64,000 nt of DNA from Eledone cirrhosa (Eukaryota): NCBI GenBank assembly GCA_964016885.1, contig OZ024743.1:358546001-358610000 (forward strand), in the 5' to 3' direction. Below, one piece after another: positions 1 through 10,849 of this stretch. The position numbers were made by a program, and so were the translations under genes. The first letter of the stretch is position 1. Each line of letters starts with the position of its first letter. Below the pieces are notes generated by a model that saw nothing but the letters and a program-made list of their open reading frames with translations, did no database searches and was not told the origin of the DNA.

Positions 1-197
1 CTTTGCTTCTTGAAAAGAATAAAAACAACAATAACAAATAAGAATTTCTGGAATATGAATCAAAATTGAACTGTGTAGACTAAAATACATTCTTTGATTC
101 AATGAGGAAATATGTAAATAGGCACGGAGTGAAATAGATCATTTGATAATATATACTGGAGAATATTACTAAATATTATACCTCTGAATTTTGAAGT

Positions 198-1400
198 ATG
201 GAAGCAGAAATGGTCTATAATGACAAAAGATCATACAATTGTGAAATATGTGGTAAAACATTCTCAGCTAATAGTAGCTTAAAGAGACATAAAATGATTC
301 ACGCTGATGAAAAACCTTTCCATTGTGATATTTGTGGTAAAGCATTCTCACAGAACTATAATTTATGGAAACATAAACTAATACACACAGGTGAGAAACC
401 ACACCAGTGTGAGATTTGTGGTAAAGCTTTCTTACTGAGTGGTCACCTAAAGAGGCATGAAATAATCCATACTGGAGAGAAACCATATCAGTGTGATATA
501 TGTGGTAAGGCTTTCTCTCTGAGTTGTAACTTGAGGAGCCATAAAATGACTCATACAGGAGAGCGTCCATACCAGTGTGAAATCTGTTCTAAAACATTTT
601 CATCTAATAGTGCTTTAACAAAGCATGTATTAATTCACACAGGGGAGAAACCATATCAATGTGATATTTGTGGTCGAGCCTTTTCACGCAGCGGTCACTT
701 AAAGACACATGAATTGGTCCATACTGGAGAAAAACCATTCTATTGTGAGATTTGTGGTAAAACGTTTTCATTGAAAGGTAACCTGAGGAAGCATGCACTC
801 ACCCACACAGAGAAACCATCACAATGTGAAGTTTGTGGTAAATCATTCTCATTTAACATTGACTTAAGAAATCACAAAAAAATTCACAAGAAAGCAAAAA
901 TCTATCAATGTGAAATTTGTGCCAAAAGATTTTCATGTAATAAAAGCTTAAAGAAGCATGAAATATTACATAAAGAACAGAAAGTGTATCAGTGTGATAT
1001 TTGTGATAAAACATTTTCAAGAAAAGAATTTGTTATGGTACATAAAGTTGTTCATATGGGAGAGGAAGCACACCAGTGTGAAATTTGTGGTAAAACATTC
1101 TCATCCACGAGTAGTTTAAGTAAGCATAGTCAGTCACATTTAGAAGAGAAACCCTATCAATGTGAATTTTGTGGCAAAACATTCTCATATAATTGTGACT
1201 TCTTAAAGCATGAAATGGTTCATACTGGAGAGAGACCATTTCCTTGTGATGTTTGTGGAAAAGCATTTGCACAGAGTTCGACATTGAAAAAACATAAATT
1301 GGTTCATACAGGAGAGAAACCATTCCCTTGTTTAATTTGTAATAAAGCATTCTCATGTAAAAGTAACTTAAATAGACACTCTGTTGTTCACATTAAATAA
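198..1400 (+). CDS. Poly-C2H2 zinc finger protein (ZNF1), 14 fingers, no effector domain
   Basis: 400-aa ORF with 14 C-x2-C-x12-H-x3-H repeats, many joined by TGEKPY-type linkers; ATG to TAA intact. Confidence 0.93.
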   Translation: MEAEMVYNDKRSYNCEICGKTFSANSSLKRHKMIHADEKPFHCDICGKAFSQNYNLWKHKLIHTGEKPHQCEICGKAFLLSGHLKRHEIIHTGEKPYQCDICGKAFSLSCNLRSHKMTHTGERPYQCEICSKTFSSNSALTKHVLIHTGEKPYQCDICGRAFSRSGHLKTHELVHTGEKPFYCEICGKTFSLKGNLRKHALTHTEKPSQCEVCGKSFSFNIDLRNHKKIHKKAKIYQCEICAKRFSCNKSLKKHEILHKEQKVYQCDICDKTFSRKEFVMVHKVVHMGEEAHQCEICGKTFSSTSSLSKHSQSHLEEKPYQCEFCGKTFSYNCDFLKHEMVHTGERPFPCDVCGKAFAQSSTLKKHKLVHTGEKPFPCLICNKAFSCKSNLNRHSVVHIK

Positions 1401-1890
1401 ACTATCCATCATTGAGAATTGTGATGAAGCAAATGTAATATGTTAGTATTCAGTGTAACAGGAACTAACTGGCTGGAATAGAGAGAGTAATGAAATATAA
1501 TTTTTTAAGAAATAAAAATTAAAGCAAAAAAATGTGTTAAAATATTGCCATATTTTTAATAATCTCTTAAGTTTACCAATTTGTAGAGGAGAATTAATAT
1601 TAATTGAATACAGTAGATGTCTGGTATTTATTTTATTGATTTCGAAGGAAGGAAAGATAGAGTTGAACCTGCAATATAGATAGATGATCCAGTGCATTGA
1701 TTGGTCAAGTGCACTAGCATTTTTGACACACCACTACTATCCTTATTAATAAACATTTTAACATGGGGAGGATAAAGGAAGTTGTTACATTTATACCTTT
1801 CCTAAAAACATTAGTGAGTGAAGAAAACAAAACAAAATGACTGCAACTGAGAAATATAAATGTTTGACTGACCTAGCTAGTTGCTGATAC

Positions 1891-2010
1891 ATGGTGAATT
1901 GGCAGTCGTTAGAGTATCACATAGATTAATACATTGTGTAGCTCTCCTCTGAATTCAAATCCTAATGAGATCAGTTTTACCTTTTACTCTTTCAGTTGAG
2001 TATTGGGGTT
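1891..2010 (+). mobile_element. Degenerate tRNA-derived SINE
   Basis: ggtgaattggcagt head and gaattcaaatcct B-box-like motif resemble the intact SINEs at 31690 and 44759. Confidence 0.45.
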
Positions 2011-2681
2011 GATTCTTCACTGTCTCTCAGGAAGAAATGGGCTGTAGTTAGTCATGGAGAAGGAACGGCTCCATGAGGTTTAAAATGCCCAAGACATGTT
2101 TTATGTTACAGTAGTGCCCCTATGACTTCATCAGGAATTGAGGGCTCAACGTCAAATCAAACCAAAAGTAATTATATAGCACTTCCTTTTAAGTAACCTA
2201 GAATATAGTTCTTTACTAAACTGTTTATGACATGAATAGTCATTATCCAGGATGTAAAGAAACATTATTTCATATTGCAATAACAGATGTACCATTATCT
2301 AAGATTTAAAGAAACATAATCTCAAAACCAGACGTATTATTGCCCACTGTATCTTTGAAAGTAAAGTGAAACGATTTAAAGGAACGTTATTTTAACACTA
2401 GACATAGCATTATCTACTGTTTCTTTTGAAAGTGATTTGAGTCCCAAGCTCAGCTGGCTCTGGCTGACAGTGTTTGGAATGAGCCCCTATCCAGGGTTAC
2501 ACTTACCTGTCTCCTTTAACTTCAAAGAGCTATAGTTTTGGGTCTGTGTTGAAAATGCCAGAGAGATGGATTGCAGGGCTAACAACCTTAATCAAAAATC
2601 CTACAAGAACAACTAACAGATCTTTGATGCTTGGCCATGTGCTATGCATATCCATGAGGATATCAGTAGGGGCCTCTTTGA

Positions 2682-2801
2682 ATCAGCTTATAGAGTAATC
2701 CTTTTTTTTTTATATTTCAACGCCTTGTACAGTATCAATTTTTTTAATTATGTTACCTAATAATTGAACTATTCTTTAATTAAATGTTATGTAATACTTC
2801 T
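2682..2801 (+). repeat. ~120-bp junction repeat R, copy 1
   Basis: atcagcttatagagtaatcc...gtaatacttct also at 22740, 40061 and 53227. Confidence 0.9.
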
Positions 2802-2879
2802 ATATCAGTGGGGGCCTCCCTCAAATGGAAACCAGAAGGAGAGTAATAAACAAAGCAGACATGGGCCTGGCCTGGGAAT

Positions 2880-3910
2880 AGGCCTGTGTCAAGGTTTGCA
2901 ACTATGCAGAATGGAAATTTCTCATTGCCCAATACTCCATAAGGGAAAAGTGCAACTAAAAAAGGAGAAAAACATGAGGTTGCTCACCTTATTTCATTCT
3001 CAAGTTCCATTCATTACAATACAACAATACACCTTTGTTACTCTTGAACAAACATGATTAAATCCTTTAGTAACTTTCTGAAAGTGAGGCCTTGCAATCT
3101 CTTTTAAAATGTTAAACGTTGCAGGGATAACAAGTATTTAAACAAGAAGCTAGATAGACAATAACTTAGATAGTGATAAGTAATTCCTAAGTATAAAAAA
3201 AGCCTTAATGGAGCTCAATTATGTCAATATTTTGGAGTAATTGCTCAAGCTTTGCCAGCTTTAAGAGAAAGTATACTCGAGAGCTAGGTCAGAAATTGTG
3301 TCCCCAAAGGAGCACTATGACACGAAGAGAGGGACCATGATGGAAGAGAATTAAGTGAATAGATCTACCATTGGTTGATATGAAGCCAGGTGATTAAGAA
3401 TCCAAAGTTGACATTTGTAACTGTTAATTTAAAGGCCCTTATGACCGAGTTCTTCAACCATATTTACTGTAGCGAGAACCCTATATGGGGGTTTCCCAAA
3501 CAAACATCAAGGTGTCATTCAGATCTCAGTCTATCAGTGCCATCAACACCTAGTGCAAATAGAGCAGGCCTGGAGGGGTGTCTGATTCCTGAGGTGGAAA
3601 GAAGATTGGGAAGGCTCTCAATATGTCCTCCAAGCAAAGTAGTAGAGCTCCGAGGTCCTCTCTCAGATCTGAGGATGACATCACTCCCTATAGAATTGAA
3701 TGACTTCTTTAGATGGAGTTTGAGGGCCTCAGGGGTGTTAGTAAATGTTCTCGAGCCATGGACGGTTGTTTCACAACCTAATTTTTCGCCCACTCCCAAC
3801 TGAACAAAGTAAAATTCCGAGATGTAGTGTGAGACTGATAATTCCAGAAACGCTTTCCATAAGGCGTCTCAAAGTGCACTAAACAGCAATGAGGCGAAAG
3901 TCACCATTTG
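2880..3910 (-). mobile_element. Decayed CRE-clade-like non-LTR retrotransposon RT fragment
   Basis: Minus-strand translation QLGVGEKLGCETTVH...LKLHLKKSFNSIGSDVIL...PALFALGV resembles CRE RT motifs (QLGVG..GCEA.VH, KLDF.NAFNS, GPLLF); split by a CR1-like insertion in units B and C. Confidence 0.6.
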
Positions 3911-5128
3911 ACCTCATATGACTGAACAGTTTAGCGTCGAAGAACAAAGGGAGGATACTCTCAGAAGAGAGCGTGTTCAAATGATTAAAAAAAACGCTCA
4001 TTCTGTGATATTTTGCTGAGATGTTTATATATTCTTTTCGGTACTAGATAGTCCTTCTAGTGTCTCTCTTAACAAATTGTATATTTTTAAATCTTTGTTT
4101 TTCTCCATAATGATAATTTTTACTATGAGCACGTTTTTTTTAGGGTAAGTGGCAATATTAAAACATTTTTGCGTGTCAAGTTTGCCTCAATTGAGCAGGC
4201 TCACTATTAAAGACATATTTCTTCTTTAGAGAAACAATGTATCTAGTATTACATTATTGAATGTGTTCTTTCGCTCTTGAAATAAAGCAGGGTAACTATT
4301 TTTAACAGGTCGAATGACTATGTAGAAGCTCCCTTGGTGTCACATGCATGGATGGTATTTATTTAATCAATTTAAACATCCGTGTAAAGTTAGTAAACCA
4401 TGACAGATTGGGAGAGGTATTTAATAATCCTTATAATTAAGAAACAAAACGGAGGCAAATGAAACAACAATAGCCGGTTGGTCATTTACAATATTTTGTA
4501 CCTCCAATCTTTGTAGTTTTTAAAAGACGAACTTCGAGATGCCCTCCTCTTTCACAAGCTGTTGTTTACATTCTCCAACCACCATGAATATATACCTTAA
4601 GTATGGTCATTTGGTACCCGGAATGGGTAATTAGACGCATACTAAGAGAGAGAGAGTATCGAGGACCACTTGGTGTCTGATAGGAGATGAAAGCTATATA
4701 AGTTCTAATCTTTAATATTTACAAGTACGGGAAGAGTGAAGTTGAGGTACTGCCTTCGTTAGCAATAAATATCTGTTAGCTGAGTTCATTAATTTATTTA
4801 TATAAGCTATTACTTTCCCCCACTCTAACACCACTTGCCATGTATGTATATGTGTGACTGATAGTGAGTGTATATAGCATTATTAGCAGCAGCAGGAATA
4901 ATCAGTCATCAACGACAACGAGCTGTTAGCTGACGGAAGTGCTTGATGATGAAAGTTTTGGCGACAATATAGAAGAGGTTCGTACCTTAATTTTTCACAT
5001 ATTTCACCCAACATATGAAATGGTGATTGTTTAACTAATATCCGACAGTTTACAAAGTAAACACATAACTGTAATCAAATGTATTAGGGACATGAATGGG
5101 TATTTAGTATGACGATTTGTTTCGTCTG

Positions 5129-5145
5129 CACTTCCGCTCAGCCAT
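5129..5145 (+). promoter_or_regulatory. Putative ZNF2 promoter motif (ETS-like + YY1-like GCCAT)
   Basis: cacttccgctcagccat; related motif upstream of ZNF3 (17505) and ZNF4 (57427). Confidence 0.6.
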
Positions 5146-5539
5146 AACATTATATATATTTATATTTTTATCCAATGTGTGTGAGAATGAAGATAGGGGT
5201 AGATGTATGTATATAGTTCGTTTTTTGTATTTGTTTTGCAAGATTCTCGATGTGAAATCGTATTGAAACAGATATTATTATTATACATACTTATATCTAC
5301 CTCTATCTTTATTCAAACATACACACACGTCTTGGTCGGGTTTTTACATCTCTCTCTTGTTACAGTAAGGAAGGAAAGGCAATACCCATGACCCCTTTTC
5401 AGGCCTTCTGAGACCTGACTACTGGAAGGAAGGTATCCCGAGACCTAGTTCGAATGCTTGAGGGGATTCCGTTAAAAGCATCCAAAGACAAGGTGATCTT
5501 AAACCGGGTGAAGGATTAAGTTTACCACCATAGTACATT

Positions 5540-5760
5540 ACCACAGTGAACTCAGAACGCAAAACGTCGGAACAAATTCTGCAAGGCATTTTCGTCATGC
5601 TCACTCAGTCGTGTTTACTCACCGCCCTGGAATGATACTTTATTTTATCGACCTTTAAAGTATGGACCCTTAAAGAACGAAAGGCAAAATTGAGTCTGCG
5701 GGATTTGAACTCCGAGCGCAGAACAAACGACGCAATGCATTTTTATTTTACGCTCTAACG
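5540..5760 (-). mobile_element. Degenerate SINE fragments (MetaSINE-like)
   Basis: tactttattttatcgacc...aaaggcaaa...gggatttgaactc is the reverse complement of the SINE core. Confidence 0.55.
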
Positions 5761-6904
5761 AGATAGAGGTGTAAATATTGGTAGTAGAGGTAGAATTAAA
5801 AGTATATGTGTGAATATTGATAGAAATTAAGGTGATATATGTGAATATTGGTAGAAATAGATGTGAACAGAAGTGTGTATGTGTGTGTGTAAATATTGGT
5901 ATAATTATGAGTGTATTCTCATCATGATTTAACGTCTGTTCCTCCCGCTAATACAAACTTGTGTATATGCTATGCAATCGTGATCATTTTCCATTGTTGT
6001 AGTTCACTGTAGAAAGATGTATCCAAAATGACTTTCTGACCTACCAGACAGGCCGGGAGAAGGGAGGTCTTTATTATGCTTACATACAGTCTTATGTTCT
6101 ATCGTGTGCACAGCAGAGGTCATGTCTTTTGATACAAACTGAAAGGTCCTCACAACCCTTTGTTTGGCAAGCTTTCTACGGCTGGATGCCCTTTCTTAAA
6201 CAAGCCACTTTACAGATGTACTTGGTTCTTTTACTGTGTAAATCACCAGTATTACAGCGGTTATGTCCTTGACACAACTGAAGAACACTCCCAACTTTTT
6301 GTTTGGCAAGCTTTTTATGACTGGATACCCTTCCTATCACCAACCACTTGACGATGTGTACTGGGTGTGTTTATTGTGTAAGATCACGAACACTAGAAAG
6401 GTTGTGTCATTGACACAACTGAAGGGTACTGTCAATCTTTTTATGCATGGTTTTTACTGTGGGGGTACCCTTCTTGTTCAAACCACCCTTACCAGAGTGT
6501 ACCAGGTGCATTTGTGTGGGTCATAGATCCAACTATAGAGCGCTCTCTGCTCTGATGAGGAGGTGATAAGGAAAGGAGATAGGTATTAAGTTATAGGTGT
6601 ATGTGATGATTTGGCAGGGCGATGAGGAAGGGGTGGAGAGAGGAGATATAGTGGTGTGGGGGATGTGGTCAATAGATTGTGAGGAGGAGCAGTGATAGAG
6701 AAATAGGTAAGGGGTGGTAGTGTGGAGGTGCAGTAATGAGGATATCTAAGGGCTTTAGAAGGGGCGAGTAGCTAAGGAATGTTTCTGGAGTGCTAATGAA
6801 AGGGGTGGGCACACATGGATAGACCAGGACATATTGTATGCTTGTGGCTGGGTCAGTGTCACAGCATAGCACCAGCCCTGGCAACTGAAGGAATCTACTT
6901 TATG

Positions 6905-8110
6905 TGTTTTAGTGCTTAGTTCTCCAGTGCATCTTCCACATACAAAGTCTTATCTTTTCTGTTAATCTGCTAGCAATCCCTCTACATCTCTTATACATCC
7001 ATAGATAACAATGTGTGCACCTTACAGAACTACTGTGTGCCTCTTTCTGACATACCTGATGGTATTCTCTTTCCTACTTATTAATACTTTTGTCTTTAAG
7101 TTTACTTTTAGGCCTTTCAACTTTAGGTTCTTCTTCCATGCTTGAATTTTGCTTCTAATCCCCCTACGGATTTAGCTATGAGGACTAGGTCACCAGCATA
7201 TAAGAGCTCCCATTAGGTGCTAGTTTTAAACTTCTCAGTGATGGCCTGATAGACAATGATAAACAGCAGTGGACTGACGACTGAGCCCTGATGGACCCCA
7301 ACCTGCACTTCAAATTCATCACTGTACTTATTTCCAACTCTCACTCTGTTGGTTACTCCTTTATACATGGCTTGCATGGCCCTCACAAGCCATTCTTCTA
7401 TACCTAGCTTCCTAATTGCCCACCAAATTACAGAGCGTGGGACCCTGTCAAAAGCCAGATACAGTGGCTTACTCTTAGCTAAGTACCTCTCTTGTTGTTG
7501 TCTCACCAGAAAGAGGGCATCAGTAGTACTCCTGCTTGGCATAAATTAAAACTGCATCATGTCTAACTTATTTCTGTTCTTAATTAGTTGTGTTGTAACC
7601 CTTTCAGCAAATATTTTGACCTTGTCCTCTATAGTTACTTCTCTCTAGTGCGTTTCCTTTGTCCTTGTAGCAGTTTGCAATGATACTGTTGCACAAGTCA
7701 TTGTGTGCGACCCCTTCCTGTACTACTTGATTAACTGTGTGTCTGACTAGTGCATATCGTACCATGCTAGATGCTTTTAGTATCTCAGCAACTATACCAG
7801 GTGGTCCAGCTGCCTTCCCTACTTTCATGTCTTTAATTGCTTCATCTACCACATTGTTGTCAACTTTTATAGTTGGGTCTGTATGAGGTAGGCCCTCGCT
7901 GTTCCATTTATTCTCTCCATTCAGCAGTCTCATAGTAAGTCTTCCATGCTTAATTCTTTTTAGCATCAGACAGAACAAGTGCTCCACTATCATTTCAATG
8001 CACTTTTCCCCAACCACATCACAATTTTCTCTAACAAACCTTTTGATAACCCCAAACACTTCATGACACAGAACATGAGCAAATTTCTGGAGGAATAATC
8101 TAAATGTCAT
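6905..8110 (-). mobile_element. Decayed RTE-clade LINE RT fragment in putative ZNF2 intron
   Basis: Fragments MKVGKAAGP..GIVAE, ERSNYRG, STTDALFLVRQ, AFDRVPR, VGVHQGSVVSPLLF; stops and frameshifts. Confidence 0.85.
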
Positions 8111-8218
8111 ACAGAATTTATCCTTAAGCTGTATTGTAGTTCACTCCATTGCCTTATATGGAAGTAGATTCATCTATTACCAATAATATACTGTATTTCC
8201 AGGTACACTCTTAAATTT

Positions 8219-8236
8219 GTTTTCTTTAATTTCAGG
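8219..8236 (+). promoter_or_regulatory. Putative splice acceptor of the ZNF2 coding exon
   Basis: ttttctttaatttcag|g; identical acceptor before ZNF4 (59371) and similar before ZNF3 (19395). Confidence 0.65.
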
Positions 8237-8311
8237 ACTGGTATATTGAAAAGTCGAATCTTACCAATTTGTTTCTAGGTATTTTCTCTAACAAACATTA
8301 TTGATGAAAGA

Positions 8312-9430
8312 ATGTTTCAGAAACGGAGTAAACATCACAGCTGTGAAGTTTGTGGGAAAGTATTGTCTACCCACTTTAAATTATTGGCTCACCACCGTAC
8401 TCACACTGGAGAAAAACCATATAAATGTGAAACTTGTGGCAAAGCATTTTCACACCGTGGCTCCTTTTTATCTCATAAACGTGTTCACACAGGAGAAAGG
8501 CCATACCGCTGTGAAATTTGTGGGAAAACATTTACTTATATTGGTCACTTGACAAGACATAGACGGAGTCATACAGGAGAACGACCCTATATTTGTGCAA
8601 TTTGTGGAAAGACATTTCCTGATGTTACACGTTTAGCAGATCATAAACGTATTCATACAGGAGAAAAGCCCTACCAATGTGAATTTTGTGGGAAAGCATT
8701 TACTCTAAAGAATCAGGTAAAAGTTCATAAGCGTATCCACACGGGAGTTAAACCGTATCATTGTGACATTTGTGGGAAATCATTTGCTCAGAATGCCCAT
8801 TTAACGAGCCATAAACGTACTCACACGGGACAAAAATCATTCCACTGCGAAATTTGTGGGAAATCCTTTACCCAAAATAGTAGTTTATCTGTTCATAAAT
8901 ATACTCATTCTCAAGAAAAACTATACAACTGTGAAATTTGTGAGAAAACATTTTCTCATCGCCGTTTATTATCAAATCATGTACGTATTCACACGGGAGA
9001 AAAGCCATACCAATGTGAAACGTGTGGGAAATCATTTCGTAGGAATAGTTCTTTGTCTGTTCATAAACGGAGTCACACAGGTGAGAAGCCTTACCAATGT
9101 GCAATTTGCGGGAAAGCATTTCCTAGGAGTAGTAGCCTTTCAGCTCATGTACGCATTCACACTGGAGAAAAGCCATACCACTGTGAGCTGTGTGGAAAAT
9201 CATTCTCTGGAAAGCGTAGCCTTTCAAACCATCTACATTCTCACACAACAGAAAAACCACATCATTGTGAAATATGTGGAAAAACATATTCTCAGAAACG
9301 TTCTCTAACTATTCACACACGTATTCACACAGGAGAAAACCCTTTCCAATGTGATTTTTGTGGGAAAGGATTTTCTCGAAATAGTTATTTAGTGCATCAT
9401 AAGTGTATTAAGCTTGAAAAAAATCTATAA
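8312..9430 (+). CDS. Poly-C2H2 zinc finger protein (ZNF2-A), 12 canonical fingers + terminal atypical finger
   Basis: 372-aa intact ORF of tandem C2H2 fingers with TGEKPY linkers. Confidence 0.93.
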   Translation: MFQKRSKHHSCEVCGKVLSTHFKLLAHHRTHTGEKPYKCETCGKAFSHRGSFLSHKRVHTGERPYRCEICGKTFTYIGHLTRHRRSHTGERPYICAICGKTFPDVTRLADHKRIHTGEKPYQCEFCGKAFTLKNQVKVHKRIHTGVKPYHCDICGKSFAQNAHLTSHKRTHTGQKSFHCEICGKSFTQNSSLSVHKYTHSQEKLYNCEICEKTFSHRRLLSNHVRIHTGEKPYQCETCGKSFRRNSSLSVHKRSHTGEKPYQCAICGKAFPRSSSLSAHVRIHTGEKPYHCELCGKSFSGKRSLSNHLHSHTTEKPHHCEICGKTYSQKRSLTIHTRIHTGENPFQCDFCGKGFSRNSYLVHHKCIKLEKNL

Positions 9431-9506
9431 TACTCTGACATTTACATAAAAAACAATAATCTCTTTCTTTTTAAATGTAATTTACAAGTTAGGTTCACCA
9501 GAGAGA

Positions 9507-9543
9507 AATTGTGAAACAATTATTTTATAATTGTTTCACAATT
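9507..9543. other. Perfect 17-bp stem hairpin just downstream of the ZNF2 stop
   Basis: aattgtgaaacaattat-ttt-ataattgtttcacaatt. Confidence 0.8.
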
Positions 9544-9699
9544 GATCTTAATGTTTAAGGTCCTTCTTTGTAAACCATACTTATTTTAACAAGTATTTGC
9601 TCTAAACAGGATTCATTCATCTGATGAATATCCTACTGCAGAATTAGAAATATATTCACAAGTATGGAAATAATTATGTGCTTCTTTATCTTAAGTCCA

Positions 9700-10226
9700 A
9701 TAACAGTATATACACACATTATCAACTAGTAACAGTGTATACTTATATATACATACAGTCAACCAATAACTATATACACATTGTCAACAAGTTACAGTAT
9801 ATACATACAGTCAAATGATGATGATCAACTAATAACAGTATATACACACACATTAACAGCCAGTAACATTATATGTATACATTGTCAACTAAAAACACTA
9901 TAGACACACATTGTCAACCAGTAATAGTGTATATATACTTTATCAACCAGTAAGAGTGTATATATACATTGTCAACCTGTAATAGTGTATATATACATTG
10001 TCAACCTGTAATAGTGTATATATACATTGTCAACCTGTAATAGTGTATATATACATTGTCAACCTGTAATAGTGTATAGACACATTGTCAAACAATAACA
10101 GTATAGACACACATTATCAACCATTAACAGTGTATACTTATATATATATATATATACACAGTCAACCAGTAACAGTATATACACACATTGTCAACTACTA
10201 ATAGTATATACATACATTGTCAACTA
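9700..10226. repeat. 29-bp AT-rich minisatellite, copy A
   Basis: Unit attgtcaacctgtaatagtgtatatatac; consecutive starts at 9968, 9997, 10026 and 10055; degenerate flanks. Confidence 0.9.
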
Positions 10227-10302
10227 AGTGTATTCAGTCATATTTATTACAGTAAAGTTTGTGGAAAATAATTTCTTCAAATTATTAATTTAACTCATAA
10301 AC

Positions 10303-10520
10303 ATCATCATCATCATCATCAATGATTAACGTCTATCTTCCATGCTCGCATGGGTTAGACATGTTTGTACCATTTAGAGACAAGTTGGGTCAGGTGACCG
10401 TATCTTGCTCATATAAGACTGTTTCTGGCTGGATGCTCTTCCTAATGCCTACCACATTTACAGTGTATGCTGGGTGCTTTTTGCCGTGACTTTTACACAA
10501 CCACTTTACAGTGTGTAACA
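10303..10520 (-). mobile_element. SINE with RTE-type 3' end, (ATG)n tail and V-SINE-like core
   Basis: (cat)n then ttccatgctcgcatgggttagac...ggctggatgctcttcctaatgc; related copies at ~5920, 16085, 21928, 37444, 49537, 52412 and 55470. Confidence 0.6.
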
Positions 10521-10849
10521 CAAAACAAACAAAACTGTATCAGTGTGCATTTTGTGAGAAAACATTCTATATTTCACCAAAATTTTCAAATGCAAATTAA
10601 TAGCGTTAGGCATGACCATATTGTAAAGACGTGTCAGAGATGGGTTCATTTAATACTCTCTCTGGTGTTTCTCTCTTACAGGACATCTAGCATACTCTCT
10701 GTTGCTGGCAACATTATTACATCTGTTACAAGTCTCCAGCAAGATAACCTACTCAGTTTACTCTTCCTTTGTGTTGGCTGTTAATAACATTGTCAACTCA
10801 GTCCACTTGCTTTTCAATGTCTTGTAACTGGATGATATGACACTGTGTG

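Noticed and set aside
268-1356. Antisense and alternate-frame ORFs over ZNF genes (also near 8856, 20311, 51341 and 60283)
   Set aside because: By-products of the 84-nt finger periodicity; no independent coding signal
2764-5604. Short ORFs repeated three times (MEISHCPILH..., MYVYSSFF..., MPCRICSD...) as conserved microproteins
   Set aside because: Recurrence is explained by the recent triplication; they overlap TE relics or intron sequence
9700-10226. 29-bp repeats as a CRISPR array
   Set aside because: Units are directly adjacent with no unique spacers, there are no cas genes, and the context is eukaryotic
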